A stretch of 64,000 nt of DNA from Symbiobacteriaceae bacterium (GTDB taxonomy: Bacteria; Bacillota; Sulfobacillia; Symbiobacteriales; Symbiobacteriaceae), in the NCBI GenBank assembly GCA_050789255.1, contig JBOZRQ010000035.1, positions 282-64,281 on the forward strand. The letters are read 5' to 3'. Of this stretch, positions 27,925 to 36,781 are shown piece by piece; the first letter of the stretch is position 1; each line of letters starts with the position of its first letter. Position numbers and translations under genes: made by a program. A model generated the notes under the pieces. It was given only the letters and a program-made list of their open reading frames with translations. It was not told the DNA's origin and searched no databases.

Positions 27925-29109
27925 GTGTCGCCACAAACTTCCAAGCTTAGCCGCAACGTGTGGATTGCAGGCCTTGTGAGCCTCTTTACCGACACATCCT
28001 CGGAGATGTTGGTGTCAGTGCTGCCGCTCTTTCTGGCCGGGACGCTCCAGGCGCCAGCTGGGGTGATTGGCCTCATCGAGGGCCTCGCTGAAGCGATGGC
28101 CAGCGTGATGAAGGCCGTCTCCGGCTGGCTCTCCGACCGGAGCGGACGTCGCAAACCGCTCATGGTGGCGGGATACGGGCTGTCCAACATCCTGAAGCCG
28201 CTGCTGGGCTTTGCCGGCTCCTGGGGACAGGTGCTTGCGATTCGCTTGTCGGATCGGTTCGGCAAGGGGCTGCGTGCGGCGCCGCGGGACGCCCTGATTG
28301 CCGAGTCGGCGGCGCCCGAGGTGCGGGGGAAGGCCTTCGGGCTTCACCGGGCCATGGACACCGTTGGGGCAGCCATTGGCCCAATGGCCGCGTGGCTGAT
28401 TCTGCTGGCGTGGCCGGGGCAGTACCGGAAGGTCTTCCTGTGGGCGGCCCTGCCAGGCATGCTCGCCGTCGCTTTGCTTCTACTCTTCCTGCGGGAACCC
28501 CGCGGAGAGGTGGCTGAAACCAAGGCAGGCCCCGTGTTCAGGAACTGGAGCCTTTCGGTCGGCGCCCTCTCGCCTGAACTGCGCAGGTACCTGGCTGTAG
28601 GGTTGGTTTTCTCCCTGGGCAACTCGTCGGATGCCTTCCTGGTGCTGCGGGCACAGAACCTGGGCCTTTCCGCTCCGCTGGTTCCCCTGGCGTACTTCTG
28701 CCTTAATCTTAGCTCTTCGGTGCTGGCCTACCCGGCCGGCGCCCTATCGGACCGCTTCGGCCGCAAACCCCTGCTGGTAACGGGTTTGGGCGCCTTTGCC
28801 GCCATTTACCTTGGCTTCGGCCTGGCGACCAAAGGCTGGGTGTCCTGGCCGCTCTTCCTTGCCTACGGGCTCTACTACGCCTTCACCGAGGGTGTTCAGA
28901 AGGCCTACATCGCTGATCTGGCGGATCCGGAACAGCGCGCTACAGCGATCGGGGTGTTCAACGCGCTGACCGGGCTCGCCGCCCTGCCCGCCAGCTTGCT
29001 GGCAGGCGTCCTGTGGGACTGGGCCGGCCCGTCGGTGCCCTTCTACCTGGGCAGCGGCACCGCCGCCGCGGCTGCACTACTACTCCTGCTCTGGGGAAGG
29101 AAGTCGTAA
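27925..29109 (+). CDS. MFS transporter
   Basis: 394 aa with about 12 hydrophobic helices and an MFS loop motif (GWLSDRSGRRKPL). Confidence 0.85.
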   Translation: MSPQTSKLSRNVWIAGLVSLFTDTSSEMLVSVLPLFLAGTLQAPAGVIGLIEGLAEAMASVMKAVSGWLSDRSGRRKPLMVAGYGLSNILKPLLGFAGSWGQVLAIRLSDRFGKGLRAAPRDALIAESAAPEVRGKAFGLHRAMDTVGAAIGPMAAWLILLAWPGQYRKVFLWAALPGMLAVALLLLFLREPRGEVAETKAGPVFRNWSLSVGALSPELRRYLAVGLVFSLGNSSDAFLVLRAQNLGLSAPLVPLAYFCLNLSSSVLAYPAGALSDRFGRKPLLVTGLGAFAAIYLGFGLATKGWVSWPLFLAYGLYYAFTEGVQKAYIADLADPEQRATAIGVFNALTGLAALPASLLAGVLWDWAGPSVPFYLGSGTAAAAALLLLLWGRKS

Positions 29110-29110
29110 G

Positions 29111-30316
29111 TTGTCGAACAGTGTCGATTTTCGTCGAATTCTGCGATGGCTGTTGCTGGGCGCCGCCGCAGGGGTCGCGGCCGGCAGCGCCTCGGCACTC
29201 TTCTTGTGGAGCCTTGAGCGGGTCACCTCGCTGCGCGACCTGAACCCCTGGCTGATCTGGCTGCTGCCGCTGGGCGGCCTGCTGGTGGGCTGGGTCTACG
29301 CCACCTACGGCCGGGAGGTCGCTGGCGGGAACAACGTGATCCTGGCACAGCTGGACAAGGGCGAGGGGCGAGTCCCGCTGCGGATGGCGCCCTTTGTGCT
29401 CGGCGGGACACTGGTGACCCATCTCTTCGGCGGGAGCGCCGGGCGGGAGGGCACCGCCGTCCAGATGGGCGGGAGTCTGGCAGACTTTCTGGCCCGGTTG
29501 TTCGCCCTCTCCCCGTCGGACCGGCGGGTTCTGCTGACCAGCGGCGTCGCAGGCGGTTTCGGCTCGGTCTTTGGCACCCCCCTGGCGGGCACGGTCTTCG
29601 CCATGGAGGTGACCCAGGTCGGCGGCGTTAAGTACGAGTCGATGGTGGCGGCCCTGGCAGCCGCCGTGGTCGGCGACTTGACGACCAGGACCTGGGGCCT
29701 CGGACATGCCCACTACCCTGCCCTGGGTAGCTTCGGAATCTCCGGCGCCCTGCTGCTGAAGGTGGTGTGCCTCGGCATCGCCGCGGGCCTTGTCAGTCGG
29801 CTTTTCGTCTTTGCGCTGCACGGGGTGAAGGCGGCCTACCGGAAATGGATCCCGGCCGAGCCGCTGCGGCCGCTGGTTGGCGGGGCCGTTGTGGCAGTGG
29901 TGATCCTCGGGCTGGACGCCTACGACTACGCCGGCATCGGCACCAGGGTGATCGCCGCCAGCTTTACCCCGGGCGCCGTGCCGCCGCTGGCCTGGCTGTG
30001 GAAGTTGCTGCTGACGGCGCTCACCCTGGGCGCCGGTTTCCAGGGCGGCGAGGTGACCCCGCTCTTCTTCATGGGCTCCACGCTGGGGGCTGCTCTGGGC
30101 CCGCTCCTGGGGATGCCGTACGACCTGGCGGTGGGAGCCGGCTTCGTGGCGGTCTTCGCCGGCGCGGCCAACACTCCGCTTGCATGCATACTGATGGCCG
30201 CCGAGCTCTTTGGCGGCGGGGGCATCGTTTACGTAGGGCTGGCCTGCCTGGCGGCTTACCTTGCCTCGGGCCATACCGGCATCTATGCGGCCCAACGGGT
30301 AGTACACCCGAAGTAA
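29111..30316 (+). CDS. ClC-family anion channel/antiporter (CLC-F-like features)
   Basis: 401 aa with a TTG start 1 nt after the MFS stop. ClC motifs GGNNVI, GREGTAVQMG and GSVFGTPLAGTVFAMEV are present. Confidence 0.85.
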   Translation: MSNSVDFRRILRWLLLGAAAGVAAGSASALFLWSLERVTSLRDLNPWLIWLLPLGGLLVGWVYATYGREVAGGNNVILAQLDKGEGRVPLRMAPFVLGGTLVTHLFGGSAGREGTAVQMGGSLADFLARLFALSPSDRRVLLTSGVAGGFGSVFGTPLAGTVFAMEVTQVGGVKYESMVAALAAAVVGDLTTRTWGLGHAHYPALGSFGISGALLLKVVCLGIAAGLVSRLFVFALHGVKAAYRKWIPAEPLRPLVGGAVVAVVILGLDAYDYAGIGTRVIAASFTPGAVPPLAWLWKLLLTALTLGAGFQGGEVTPLFFMGSTLGAALGPLLGMPYDLAVGAGFVAVFAGAANTPLACILMAAELFGGGGIVYVGLACLAAYLASGHTGIYAAQRVVHPK

Positions 30317-30337
30317 TAATCCAGGGAGGATTCTTCG

Positions 30338-30694
30338 ATGGCAACGGTGTTCAAGCAGGCGATCCCGGTTCTTTTCGTGGCCGATGTCGACGCAGCGATC
30401 CGCTATTACACCGAGAAGTTGGGCTTCAAGGTCAGCTTCACCTCTCCGTATGACTACGCCGGGGTGGCCCGCGACGGCGTGGAGATCCACATTGGCAAGG
30501 GCGACGGGGCCGCACGAAACCGGGGCGCCGACATCATCCTGATGGTCCAGAACATTGAGGATCTGCACGCCGAGCTGGTCGCCTCCGGGGCGATTCCGGC
30601 CGATCATGCCCTGGTGCATCAGGACTACGGGATGAAGGAGATCCACATCCACGATCCATTCGGGTACCATATCGGGTTTGCGGAGAACGTATAA
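30338..30694 (+). CDS. VOC-family (glyoxalase/bleomycin-resistance-like) protein
   Basis: 118 aa. The pattern FVADVDAAIRYYTEKLGFKV ... GMKEIHIHDPFGYHIGF is typical of bleomycin-resistance/glyoxalase fold proteins. Confidence 0.8.
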   Translation: MATVFKQAIPVLFVADVDAAIRYYTEKLGFKVSFTSPYDYAGVARDGVEIHIGKGDGAARNRGADIILMVQNIEDLHAELVASGAIPADHALVHQDYGMKEIHIHDPFGYHIGFAENV

Positions 30695-30698
30695 GCAG

Positions 30699-30740
30699 AA
30701 AACGGTCCCCGGGCGTGCGATGCGTCCGGGGACCGTTTGT
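30699..30740. terminator. bidirectional intrinsic terminator
   Basis: AAAACGGTCCCCGG (30699-30712) pairs with CCGGGGACCGTTT (30726-30738), with A/T runs on both sides. It sits between convergent transcription units. Confidence 0.65.
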
Positions 30741-30925
30741 ATTCAAAGGCGGGCGTTGAGCAGCATCCATTTCATCAGGGCCTCGAAGAGGTCGCGCAGC
30801 GTTTTCATTGTGAAGGTCCTCCATGCAGGTCTGTTGCGGGTTGTTGGACCCATCGTACCAGCCCGGTGGAGTTGCTCCATCGATGAAAACCCTGATGTTT
30901 GAGTACGGTCTTGCCCTAGGTAGTT

Positions 30926-33715
30926 TTACCGAACCAACCCGTGCCGGGCGGCGTAAGCGACCAGGGCCGCCCGGTTGGCCACATCCAGCCGGTTGAAGAT
31001 GTTGCGCAGGTGCGCCTGGACGGTCTTCACGGAGATGAAGAGGGCGGCGGCGATCTCTTTGTCTTTCTGTCCTTGTGCAACCAGGGCGACGATCTCCAGT
31101 TCCCGCTGGGTCAGGCCGTCGGGGCGCCCGGGCGCCAGGAGGGCATCGGCCCGGGCGAGGGCCGGGGCAGCTCTCAGCCGGGCGAGGGTCTCCCGGGCTT
31201 CGGTTGATGGTCTGGTCACCTGGGGCAGCGCCTCCGCCCAGGCCACGCACGTGAGCGCCCACTCGTAGGGAAAGCGGCACGCTTGCGCAAGGCGGGCGCC
31301 GGCTGCGAAGTGTTCCCGTGAGGCGTCGGCGGCACCGCAGCCGGCGTGCAGCTGCCCGAGCAGCCGATGGGCTTCGATGGCGTGCCAGAGGTCGTTTGCA
31401 TTTTGCGCGAAGGCCAGAGCGGCGCTGGCGTTTTGGAGTGCGGCCCGGGAATCGCCGGCGGCCCAGTGGTACTCAGCCCAGCGCTGATGCAGCTCGCCGC
31501 GCAGGCTCACGACCTCCCGGGTCTGCAGGTCCCGGTCGGCGGCCTCCAACCAGGCTCTGGCCGCCGCAAGCTCGCCTGCGGCGATGCAGATGCGGGCCCG
31601 CAGGGTCCGGGCGTAGAGGGAGATCCGCTCAAAGCCCAGGTCATCCTTGGGGCGCCGCGGCGTCACAGGCGCCATCACACGCTCGGCGCCCTTCACATCG
31701 CCCTCCGCGAGGTGGAGCAAGGCGGCATAGTAGCGCCACCAACTCCGGTCGGAGGCGTGCGGGTGCTGGTCCAGGTAGGTGGTCAGGTTATGCCGGGCGG
31801 CCTCCCAGTCGCCGCGCACGAAGTGAAAGAACCCCAGCGAGGAGTACCCCTCGGGCATCCAGTTCAGCCCCGTGCGCTCCCTGGATTCCGCCTCGTACGT
31901 GGCCACCTCGGCAGCGACCCGGTCGAGCTCGTCGGGCTGATCTGCGCGGGCCCACAGCAGCGCCACCAGCTCGGTCCACTTGTACAGGAAGGCCATGCGG
32001 TAGTCCCGCCAGCGCTCGGCGGCGGTGCGGGCGGCCCGCTCGTAGAGCCCGATTGCCAGGTCGACCCGGCCGTCGTACATGGCTACGTTGGCCTCCTGGT
32101 CATCCGGGCCCGCCTGTTGGTCGGGCGGGAGTTTGCTGCGCATCGTGGCGATCAGGCCGCGGGCTCGCTCCAGGCGCCCGGCCATGGTAAGGGCCGAGCA
32201 CAGGGTGCGATTGATCGGGGCGTGGCCGGTGATCTCTCCGGTCAGGTCCACCTGGAGCCTGCGAAACTCGGGGTCGTCGAGCAGCTCCTCCTCCTCGCGG
32301 CGGACGGCTGCCAGCTTTTCCACACAGCCGGGCGTCCTGGCGCCGTAGTCGGACCAGGCTAACATGTGCCTGGCCCAAGCCGCGACGACTCGGTCGCCTC
32401 GCTCCAGGGCGCCTTCCCAGCAGGCACGGCTCCGGGCGCCGTCTGCGTAGCGCAAGGCGTAGCCCAGCTTCAGCAGGGCCTCGGGCAGGCGGGGGTCGCC
32501 CTCGGGCAGCTGGTCGACCAGTTCCTGGCCCCACCGGGCGGCCTGGGCGAGGGCGCCCAGCCGCAGCGCCCGGTCCAGGGCGGCCCGCAGGGCGTCGGCC
32601 GCCCGGGGGTCGCCGGCGGCGCCCAGGTGGTAGGCGAGGGCGCCCGGGTCGGCGCCGGGCTGGGCCTGCAGCGCCTCCGCCGCCGCCAGGTGCAGGCGGC
32701 GGCGCCGCAGGCCGATCAGCCCGGCCTCCAGCACCTCCCGCACCAGCGCATGGTCGAAGACGAACCGCTCGGCGCCCTCGCTGCGAATCACCCGGGCGGC
32801 CAAAGCCTCCTCCAGGGCCGCCAGGGTCTCCTCCTCGGTGCCAGGCGCCACCCGGACCAGCAGGTCGTAAGCGAACCGCTCCCCGATCACCGCCGCCGCC
32901 TGAAGCACGGCATAGGTCGCCGGGGTCAGGCTCTGCAGCCGGCGCTGGAGGGCCTGCTGGATGGTCTCGGGGAGTGGCGCTGTCCCGCCGGTTTTCGCGG
33001 CCAGGGAGAGCAGTTGGGTGACGAACAGCGGATGCCCGCCCGTGCGGCTGTGCAACTGCCCAGCCAGTTCGCCGGGCGCCGCACACTCGGGCAGCGCCGC
33101 CTCCACCAGGCTCCGCACAGCGGGCAGATCCAGGCGGGGGAGCCGCACGTGCGTGGCCCCGGCACGCTCCAGGTCCGGCAGCAGCGCCCAGAGCAGCTCA
33201 TCGGCCCGAAGGTCGGTATCCCGGTAGGTCACGATCAGCATGATGGGCGCCGTGCGCAGGCGTGGCAGCATATACCGCAAGAGCTCCAGGGAGAGCGGGT
33301 CGGCCCAGTGAACATCCTCCAGGACCAGCAGCAGTCCCTCACCTGCGCTGGCCTCCACGAGCCACTTGAACAGGGGATCGACCATGGCGTAGGCAGGCCA
33401 GTGGCCAGGTGCGCTTCCGAAGGGCGGAGGCAGTGCGGCTCCACTGCGCCCTGCCGCCCCCACCACGTCGAGCCAGGGTCCGCAAGGCGGCGTCTCGACG
33501 GCGCCCGGGCACCACCCCCGTGCCACCGCCGCGATCCCACAGCCGGCGATGAAGGCCTCCACCAGGGCGGTCTTGCCGGCGCCCGCCTCGCCGCCCACCA
33601 GGACCAGGGAACCAACGCCGCACCGGGCAGCATCCCACCTCTGGCGCAGCAGTGACAGCTCTGCTCCTCGACCAGCCAGCAATGATCTCACTTCCAGTTG
33701 CTCGGTATAGCACAA
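30926..33715 (-). CDS. large ATP-binding LuxR-family (LAL/MalT-like) transcriptional regulator
   Basis: 929 aa with an N-terminal P-loop GGEAGAGKTALV, a long helical/TPR-like middle and a C-terminal LuxR HTH (LTQRELEIVALVAQGQKDKEIAAALFISVKTVQAHLRNIF). Confidence 0.85.
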   Translation of the reverse strand: MCYTEQLEVRSLLAGRGAELSLLRQRWDAARCGVGSLVLVGGEAGAGKTALVEAFIAGCGIAAVARGWCPGAVETPPCGPWLDVVGAAGRSGAALPPPFGSAPGHWPAYAMVDPLFKWLVEASAGEGLLLVLEDVHWADPLSLELLRYMLPRLRTAPIMLIVTYRDTDLRADELLWALLPDLERAGATHVRLPRLDLPAVRSLVEAALPECAAPGELAGQLHSRTGGHPLFVTQLLSLAAKTGGTAPLPETIQQALQRRLQSLTPATYAVLQAAAVIGERFAYDLLVRVAPGTEEETLAALEEALAARVIRSEGAERFVFDHALVREVLEAGLIGLRRRRLHLAAAEALQAQPGADPGALAYHLGAAGDPRAADALRAALDRALRLGALAQAARWGQELVDQLPEGDPRLPEALLKLGYALRYADGARSRACWEGALERGDRVVAAWARHMLAWSDYGARTPGCVEKLAAVRREEEELLDDPEFRRLQVDLTGEITGHAPINRTLCSALTMAGRLERARGLIATMRSKLPPDQQAGPDDQEANVAMYDGRVDLAIGLYERAARTAAERWRDYRMAFLYKWTELVALLWARADQPDELDRVAAEVATYEAESRERTGLNWMPEGYSSLGFFHFVRGDWEAARHNLTTYLDQHPHASDRSWWRYYAALLHLAEGDVKGAERVMAPVTPRRPKDDLGFERISLYARTLRARICIAAGELAAARAWLEAADRDLQTREVVSLRGELHQRWAEYHWAAGDSRAALQNASAALAFAQNANDLWHAIEAHRLLGQLHAGCGAADASREHFAAGARLAQACRFPYEWALTCVAWAEALPQVTRPSTEARETLARLRAAPALARADALLAPGRPDGLTQRELEIVALVAQGQKDKEIAAALFISVKTVQAHLRNIFNRLDVANRAALVAYAARHGLVR

Positions 33716-33757
33716 TCAATAAACTATTCAAGAGCTGCGGCATCTCTCCTGTCGGAC

Positions 33758-33790
33758 AGCAAAACGGCAGCCCCGCCAGGGAGCTGCCGT
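33758..33790 (-). terminator. intrinsic terminator
   Basis: ACGGCAGC pairs with GCTGCCGT. On the minus strand it is followed by TTTTGCTG, 10 nt after the dehydrogenase stop. Confidence 0.6.
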
Positions 33791-33800
33791 AGTCATCTGC

Positions 33801-34856
33801 CTATTTAACCGCCCGGGCGATGGCCTCGGCCATCTCCATTGTGCTGTTGGTTCCGCCCATGTCCCGTGTGGCGACTGCCCCGCTGCCGGTCACCGCCTCG
33901 ATCGCGGTCATCACCGCTCGGGCCGCGTCCGCCTCGCCGAGGTGCTCAAGCATCATGGCGCCCGCCCAGATCTGGGCGGTGGGGTTGGCGATCATCTTGC
34001 CGAAAATATCGGGCGCAGAGCCGTGCACCGCCTCGAACATGCTGGGCGCCGTGCCGATGGGGTTGATGTTGCCGCTGGCTGCGAAGCCTAGGCCGCCCTG
34101 AATGGCGGCGCCGATATCGGTCAGGATGTCGCCGAAGAGGTTGGAGGCGACCACCACGTCCAGTGTGTGCGGGTGGGTGACAAACCGGGCGGAGAGCGCA
34201 TCCACATGGCAACGGAAGAGCTCCACATCGGGGTAGTCCCTGGCGACCTCGTTGGTCACCTCGTCCCAGAAGACCATGCTGTTGCGCTGGGCGTTGGACT
34301 TGGTGCAGCTGGTCAGGTGCTTGCGCCGCTTGCGGGCCTGCTCAAACCCGTACCGCAGGGCACGCTCGACGCCGTTGCGGGTGAAGATCGCGGTCTCGAC
34401 CGCCACCTCGTTGGGGGTGCCTACATGGACCCGCCCGCCGGCGCCAACGTACTCGCCCTCGCTGTTCTCACGGATCACGAGGATGTCGAAAGGCTTCTCG
34501 GTCCGCAGGGGACCCTTCACGCCGGCGAGCAGCCTGTGCGGCCGGACGTTGACGTACTGCTCAAAGGCCCGGCGGATCGGGAGCAGCAGGCCGTGCAGGG
34601 AGATATGATCCGGCACCAGGGCGGGGAAGCCCACCGTGCCCATATAGATCGCATCATACGGGCGCAAGGTCTCCAGCCCGTTGTCGGGCATCATGCGGCC
34701 ATGTTCAAGGTAATACTCGCAGCTCCACGGGAACGATTCGGTCTCCAGGCGGAACCCGTAGGTCTCCGCAGCCTTGTTCAGGACCTCCAAAGCAGCGGGC
34801 ACTACTTCCTTGCCGATGCCGTCCGCAGGCAGAACTGCGATGCGATACGCTTTCAT
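33801..34856 (-). CDS. tartrate dehydrogenase/decarboxylase-like (isocitrate/isopropylmalate dehydrogenase family)
   Basis: 351 aa. The N-terminus MKAYRIAVLPADGIGKEVVPAA...YYLEHGRMMPDNGLETLRPYDAIYMG...VPDHISLHGLLLPIRR matches TtuC-type enzymes as I recall them. Confidence 0.8.
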   Translation of the reverse strand: MKAYRIAVLPADGIGKEVVPAALEVLNKAAETYGFRLETESFPWSCEYYLEHGRMMPDNGLETLRPYDAIYMGTVGFPALVPDHISLHGLLLPIRRAFEQYVNVRPHRLLAGVKGPLRTEKPFDILVIRENSEGEYVGAGGRVHVGTPNEVAVETAIFTRNGVERALRYGFEQARKRRKHLTSCTKSNAQRNSMVFWDEVTNEVARDYPDVELFRCHVDALSARFVTHPHTLDVVVASNLFGDILTDIGAAIQGGLGFAASGNINPIGTAPSMFEAVHGSAPDIFGKMIANPTAQIWAGAMMLEHLGEADAARAVMTAIEAVTGSGAVATRDMGGTNSTMEMAEAIARAVK

Positions 34857-34950
34857 GCCGGTCCACCTTCCGATACGCGTTTTGTTACTCTAAATCTTAG
34901 CGCCGTGAAAGACCCCGTGGGAATGATCACTTATTATCCGCTGTAGGCAA

Positions 34951-34988
34951 GAAAAACACCCACCTCCCGTGCGAAATGGAGGTGGGTG
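34951..34988 (-). terminator. intrinsic terminator of the molybdoenzyme operon
   Basis: CACCCACCTCC (34957-34967) pairs with GGAGGTGGGTG (34978-34988). On the minus strand it is followed by TTTTTCTT, 6 nt after the stop of the 60-aa ORF. Confidence 0.8.
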
Positions 34989-34993
34989 TTGGG

Positions 34994-35176
34994 TTACGAG
35001 AGGTTGATCTCCTTGTAGCCGTAGGTCGGGGCTGGCGCCTGGGGCATCATCGGCTTGGCGAGCTTGGTCGCCAGTTTGCCTGCGCCGGGCAGCCCCTTGC
35101 GGGCCGCCACGACCGCCAGGCCGGCGATGGCGCCCGTCAGCAGGGCCAGGAGCGCAGTGCGGCGATCCTTGTTCAC
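34994..35176 (-). CDS. small single-TM protein (60 aa), last gene of the molybdoenzyme operon
   Basis: GTG start with an AAGGAGGG SD 8 nt upstream, in the gap after the DmsC-like stop. It has one TM segment (TALLALLTGAIAGLAVVAA), and the operon terminator follows it. Confidence 0.5.
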   Translation of the reverse strand: MNKDRRTALLALLTGAIAGLAVVAARKGLPGAGKLATKLAKPMMPQAPAPTYGYKEINLS

Positions 35177-35198
35177 GTGCGAATCCCTCCTTCGTGGG

Positions 35199-36164
35199 TT
35201 AGAACCAGGGGCGCCCGGTCAGGAAGAAGAGCGCCCGGCCGGCGAGTTCACCCACCGCCACCAGCGCCAGGCCGCTGGCGATGAGCGCATTGCAGAGCTT
35301 GAGGCTGGCGCCCTTCTTGTGCAGCGCCCAGAGAACCACCGCCAGCAGGACGGGAACACCCACGCCGAGCGCCCACTGCAGGTTGAGCATGAGGCTGTTC
35401 TGCTGCACGACCTGATGACCGATGTAGAGGGCAGTCCTCACGGTGTCAGCCCCAACCGCCGCCTTGCCGATGGCGCTCGGCGAGGCGCCGGCAGCGCCGT
35501 GCGCCAGGTAGTTAAGCCGCCAGGCCAGGGCGCCGCCGCAGGCGATGGCCCCGGTCAGCATGGTGAGGCCCAGGCGCCGGTGCGAGAGGCGCACGGTCTG
35601 CTCCCCCTGCTTCAGGTCGATGAAGCGGCCCCAGGCAAAGCTGTAGACGGCAGCGACGGCCATCGGACCCAGGACGAGGCCCGACGCTGCGAAGAGGATG
35701 GTGACCGAGGGGTGGTTCCACATAGGGCGCCCGGGGATCTGGTAGACCATCGCCTGGCTGAGGACGCCCACGACGCCCACGACCCCGGTAACAACGCCCA
35801 CAATGCGACGGAGCTCCGCATCGTCGACCCGCTTCCACCACAGGTAGGTGTAGACGGCGACCAGGGCAAAGAAGAGGCCGAAGCTCCAGACCTCCCGGGA
35901 CAGCCACGAGGAGGCGATGTGGGTCAGCGCCCGGAAGGCGAACTGGGGCCGGCCCAGGTGGGTCGTGGAGAAGAGCAGGCCCAGGGCCGTCAGCGGGATC
36001 AGGATGTAGGTGCCGATGCGGGTGAACGCATCCTGCACGGCATCCGGCGCCTTACGCTTGAGGAAATCGCTCACCAGCAGCACCCAGAAGGCGCCCACGC
36101 TGGCCTGCGTGAAGAGCGTGAAGAGGACCAGGCTGTACTGGGCCTGGTGAAGCCACTCCATCAT
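35199..36164 (-). CDS. DmsC-type membrane anchor subunit
   Basis: 321 aa with about 8 TM helices. The N-terminus MMEWLHQAQYSLVLFTLFTQASVGAFWV resembles the DmsC EWPL..FT...Q..VG start. Confidence 0.7.
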   Translation of the reverse strand: MMEWLHQAQYSLVLFTLFTQASVGAFWVLLVSDFLKRKAPDAVQDAFTRIGTYILIPLTALGLLFSTTHLGRPQFAFRALTHIASSWLSREVWSFGLFFALVAVYTYLWWKRVDDAELRRIVGVVTGVVGVVGVLSQAMVYQIPGRPMWNHPSVTILFAASGLVLGPMAVAAVYSFAWGRFIDLKQGEQTVRLSHRRLGLTMLTGAIACGGALAWRLNYLAHGAAGASPSAIGKAAVGADTVRTALYIGHQVVQQNSLMLNLQWALGVGVPVLLAVVLWALHKKGASLKLCNALIASGLALVAVGELAGRALFFLTGRPWF

Positions 36165-36166
36165 GG

Positions 36167-36766
36167 CTACTTGCCCTCCTTCGGGGGAGCCATGTTCATC
36201 TGATGATCGGGCTGCGGGCCCTTCAGCGGCCAGGCGAAGCGGGTGCTGGGCTTGGTGATGCTGGGATCAGCAAAGCCCGGGGCCACGTTCACCACCTGGC
36301 GCTGCTTGGCGGCATGCTGGTCGACCTCGCCGAAGGTGAGGGCGCCGGTCAGGCAGGACTCGACGCACTTGGGCATCAGGCCCTCGTCGATACGCTGGTA
36401 GCAGCCGTTGCACTTGGAGACAACGCCCTGCTCGGGGTCAAACTGGGGCACGCCGTAGGGGCAGGTCCAGGTGCAGTACTGGCAGCCGATGCAGGCGGTC
36501 GGGTTATGGATCACCAGGCCGTCCTTCTCACGCTTCATGTAGGCGTCGACCGGGCATCCCTTCATGCAGGCCGGATCCACACAGTGGTTGCAGGCCACGC
36601 TAAGGTGGACCCGCGACGCCTCCGGGAACTCGCCCATCTCGAAGGAGCGCACCTTGCGCCAGCGAATCTCGGGGGGCATGCGGTAAAAGTCCTTGCACGC
36701 AGCCTCGCAGCACTTGCAGCCGATGCACTTCTCCATATCGGCATGGAAGCCGAGTTGGTTCGTCAC
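36167..36766 (-). CDS. 4Fe-4S ferredoxin-type electron-transfer subunit (DmsB/PsrB-like)
   Basis: 199 aa with four Cys clusters (CIGCKCCEAAC, CNHCVDPAC, CIGCQYCTWTCP, CNGCYQRI...C). Confidence 0.9.
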   Translation of the reverse strand: MTNQLGFHADMEKCIGCKCCEAACKDFYRMPPEIRWRKVRSFEMGEFPEASRVHLSVACNHCVDPACMKGCPVDAYMKREKDGLVIHNPTACIGCQYCTWTCPYGVPQFDPEQGVVSKCNGCYQRIDEGLMPKCVESCLTGALTFGEVDQHAAKQRQVVNVAPGFADPSITKPSTRFAWPLKGPQPDHQMNMAPPKEGK

Positions 36767-36781
36767 GTTAGTTCACCTCTG

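Noticed and set aside
29050-29115. Fluoride (crcB-motif) riboswitch upstream of the ClC gene.
   Set aside because: The ClC start codon is 1 nt after the MFS stop, so there is no leader in which a riboswitch could sit.
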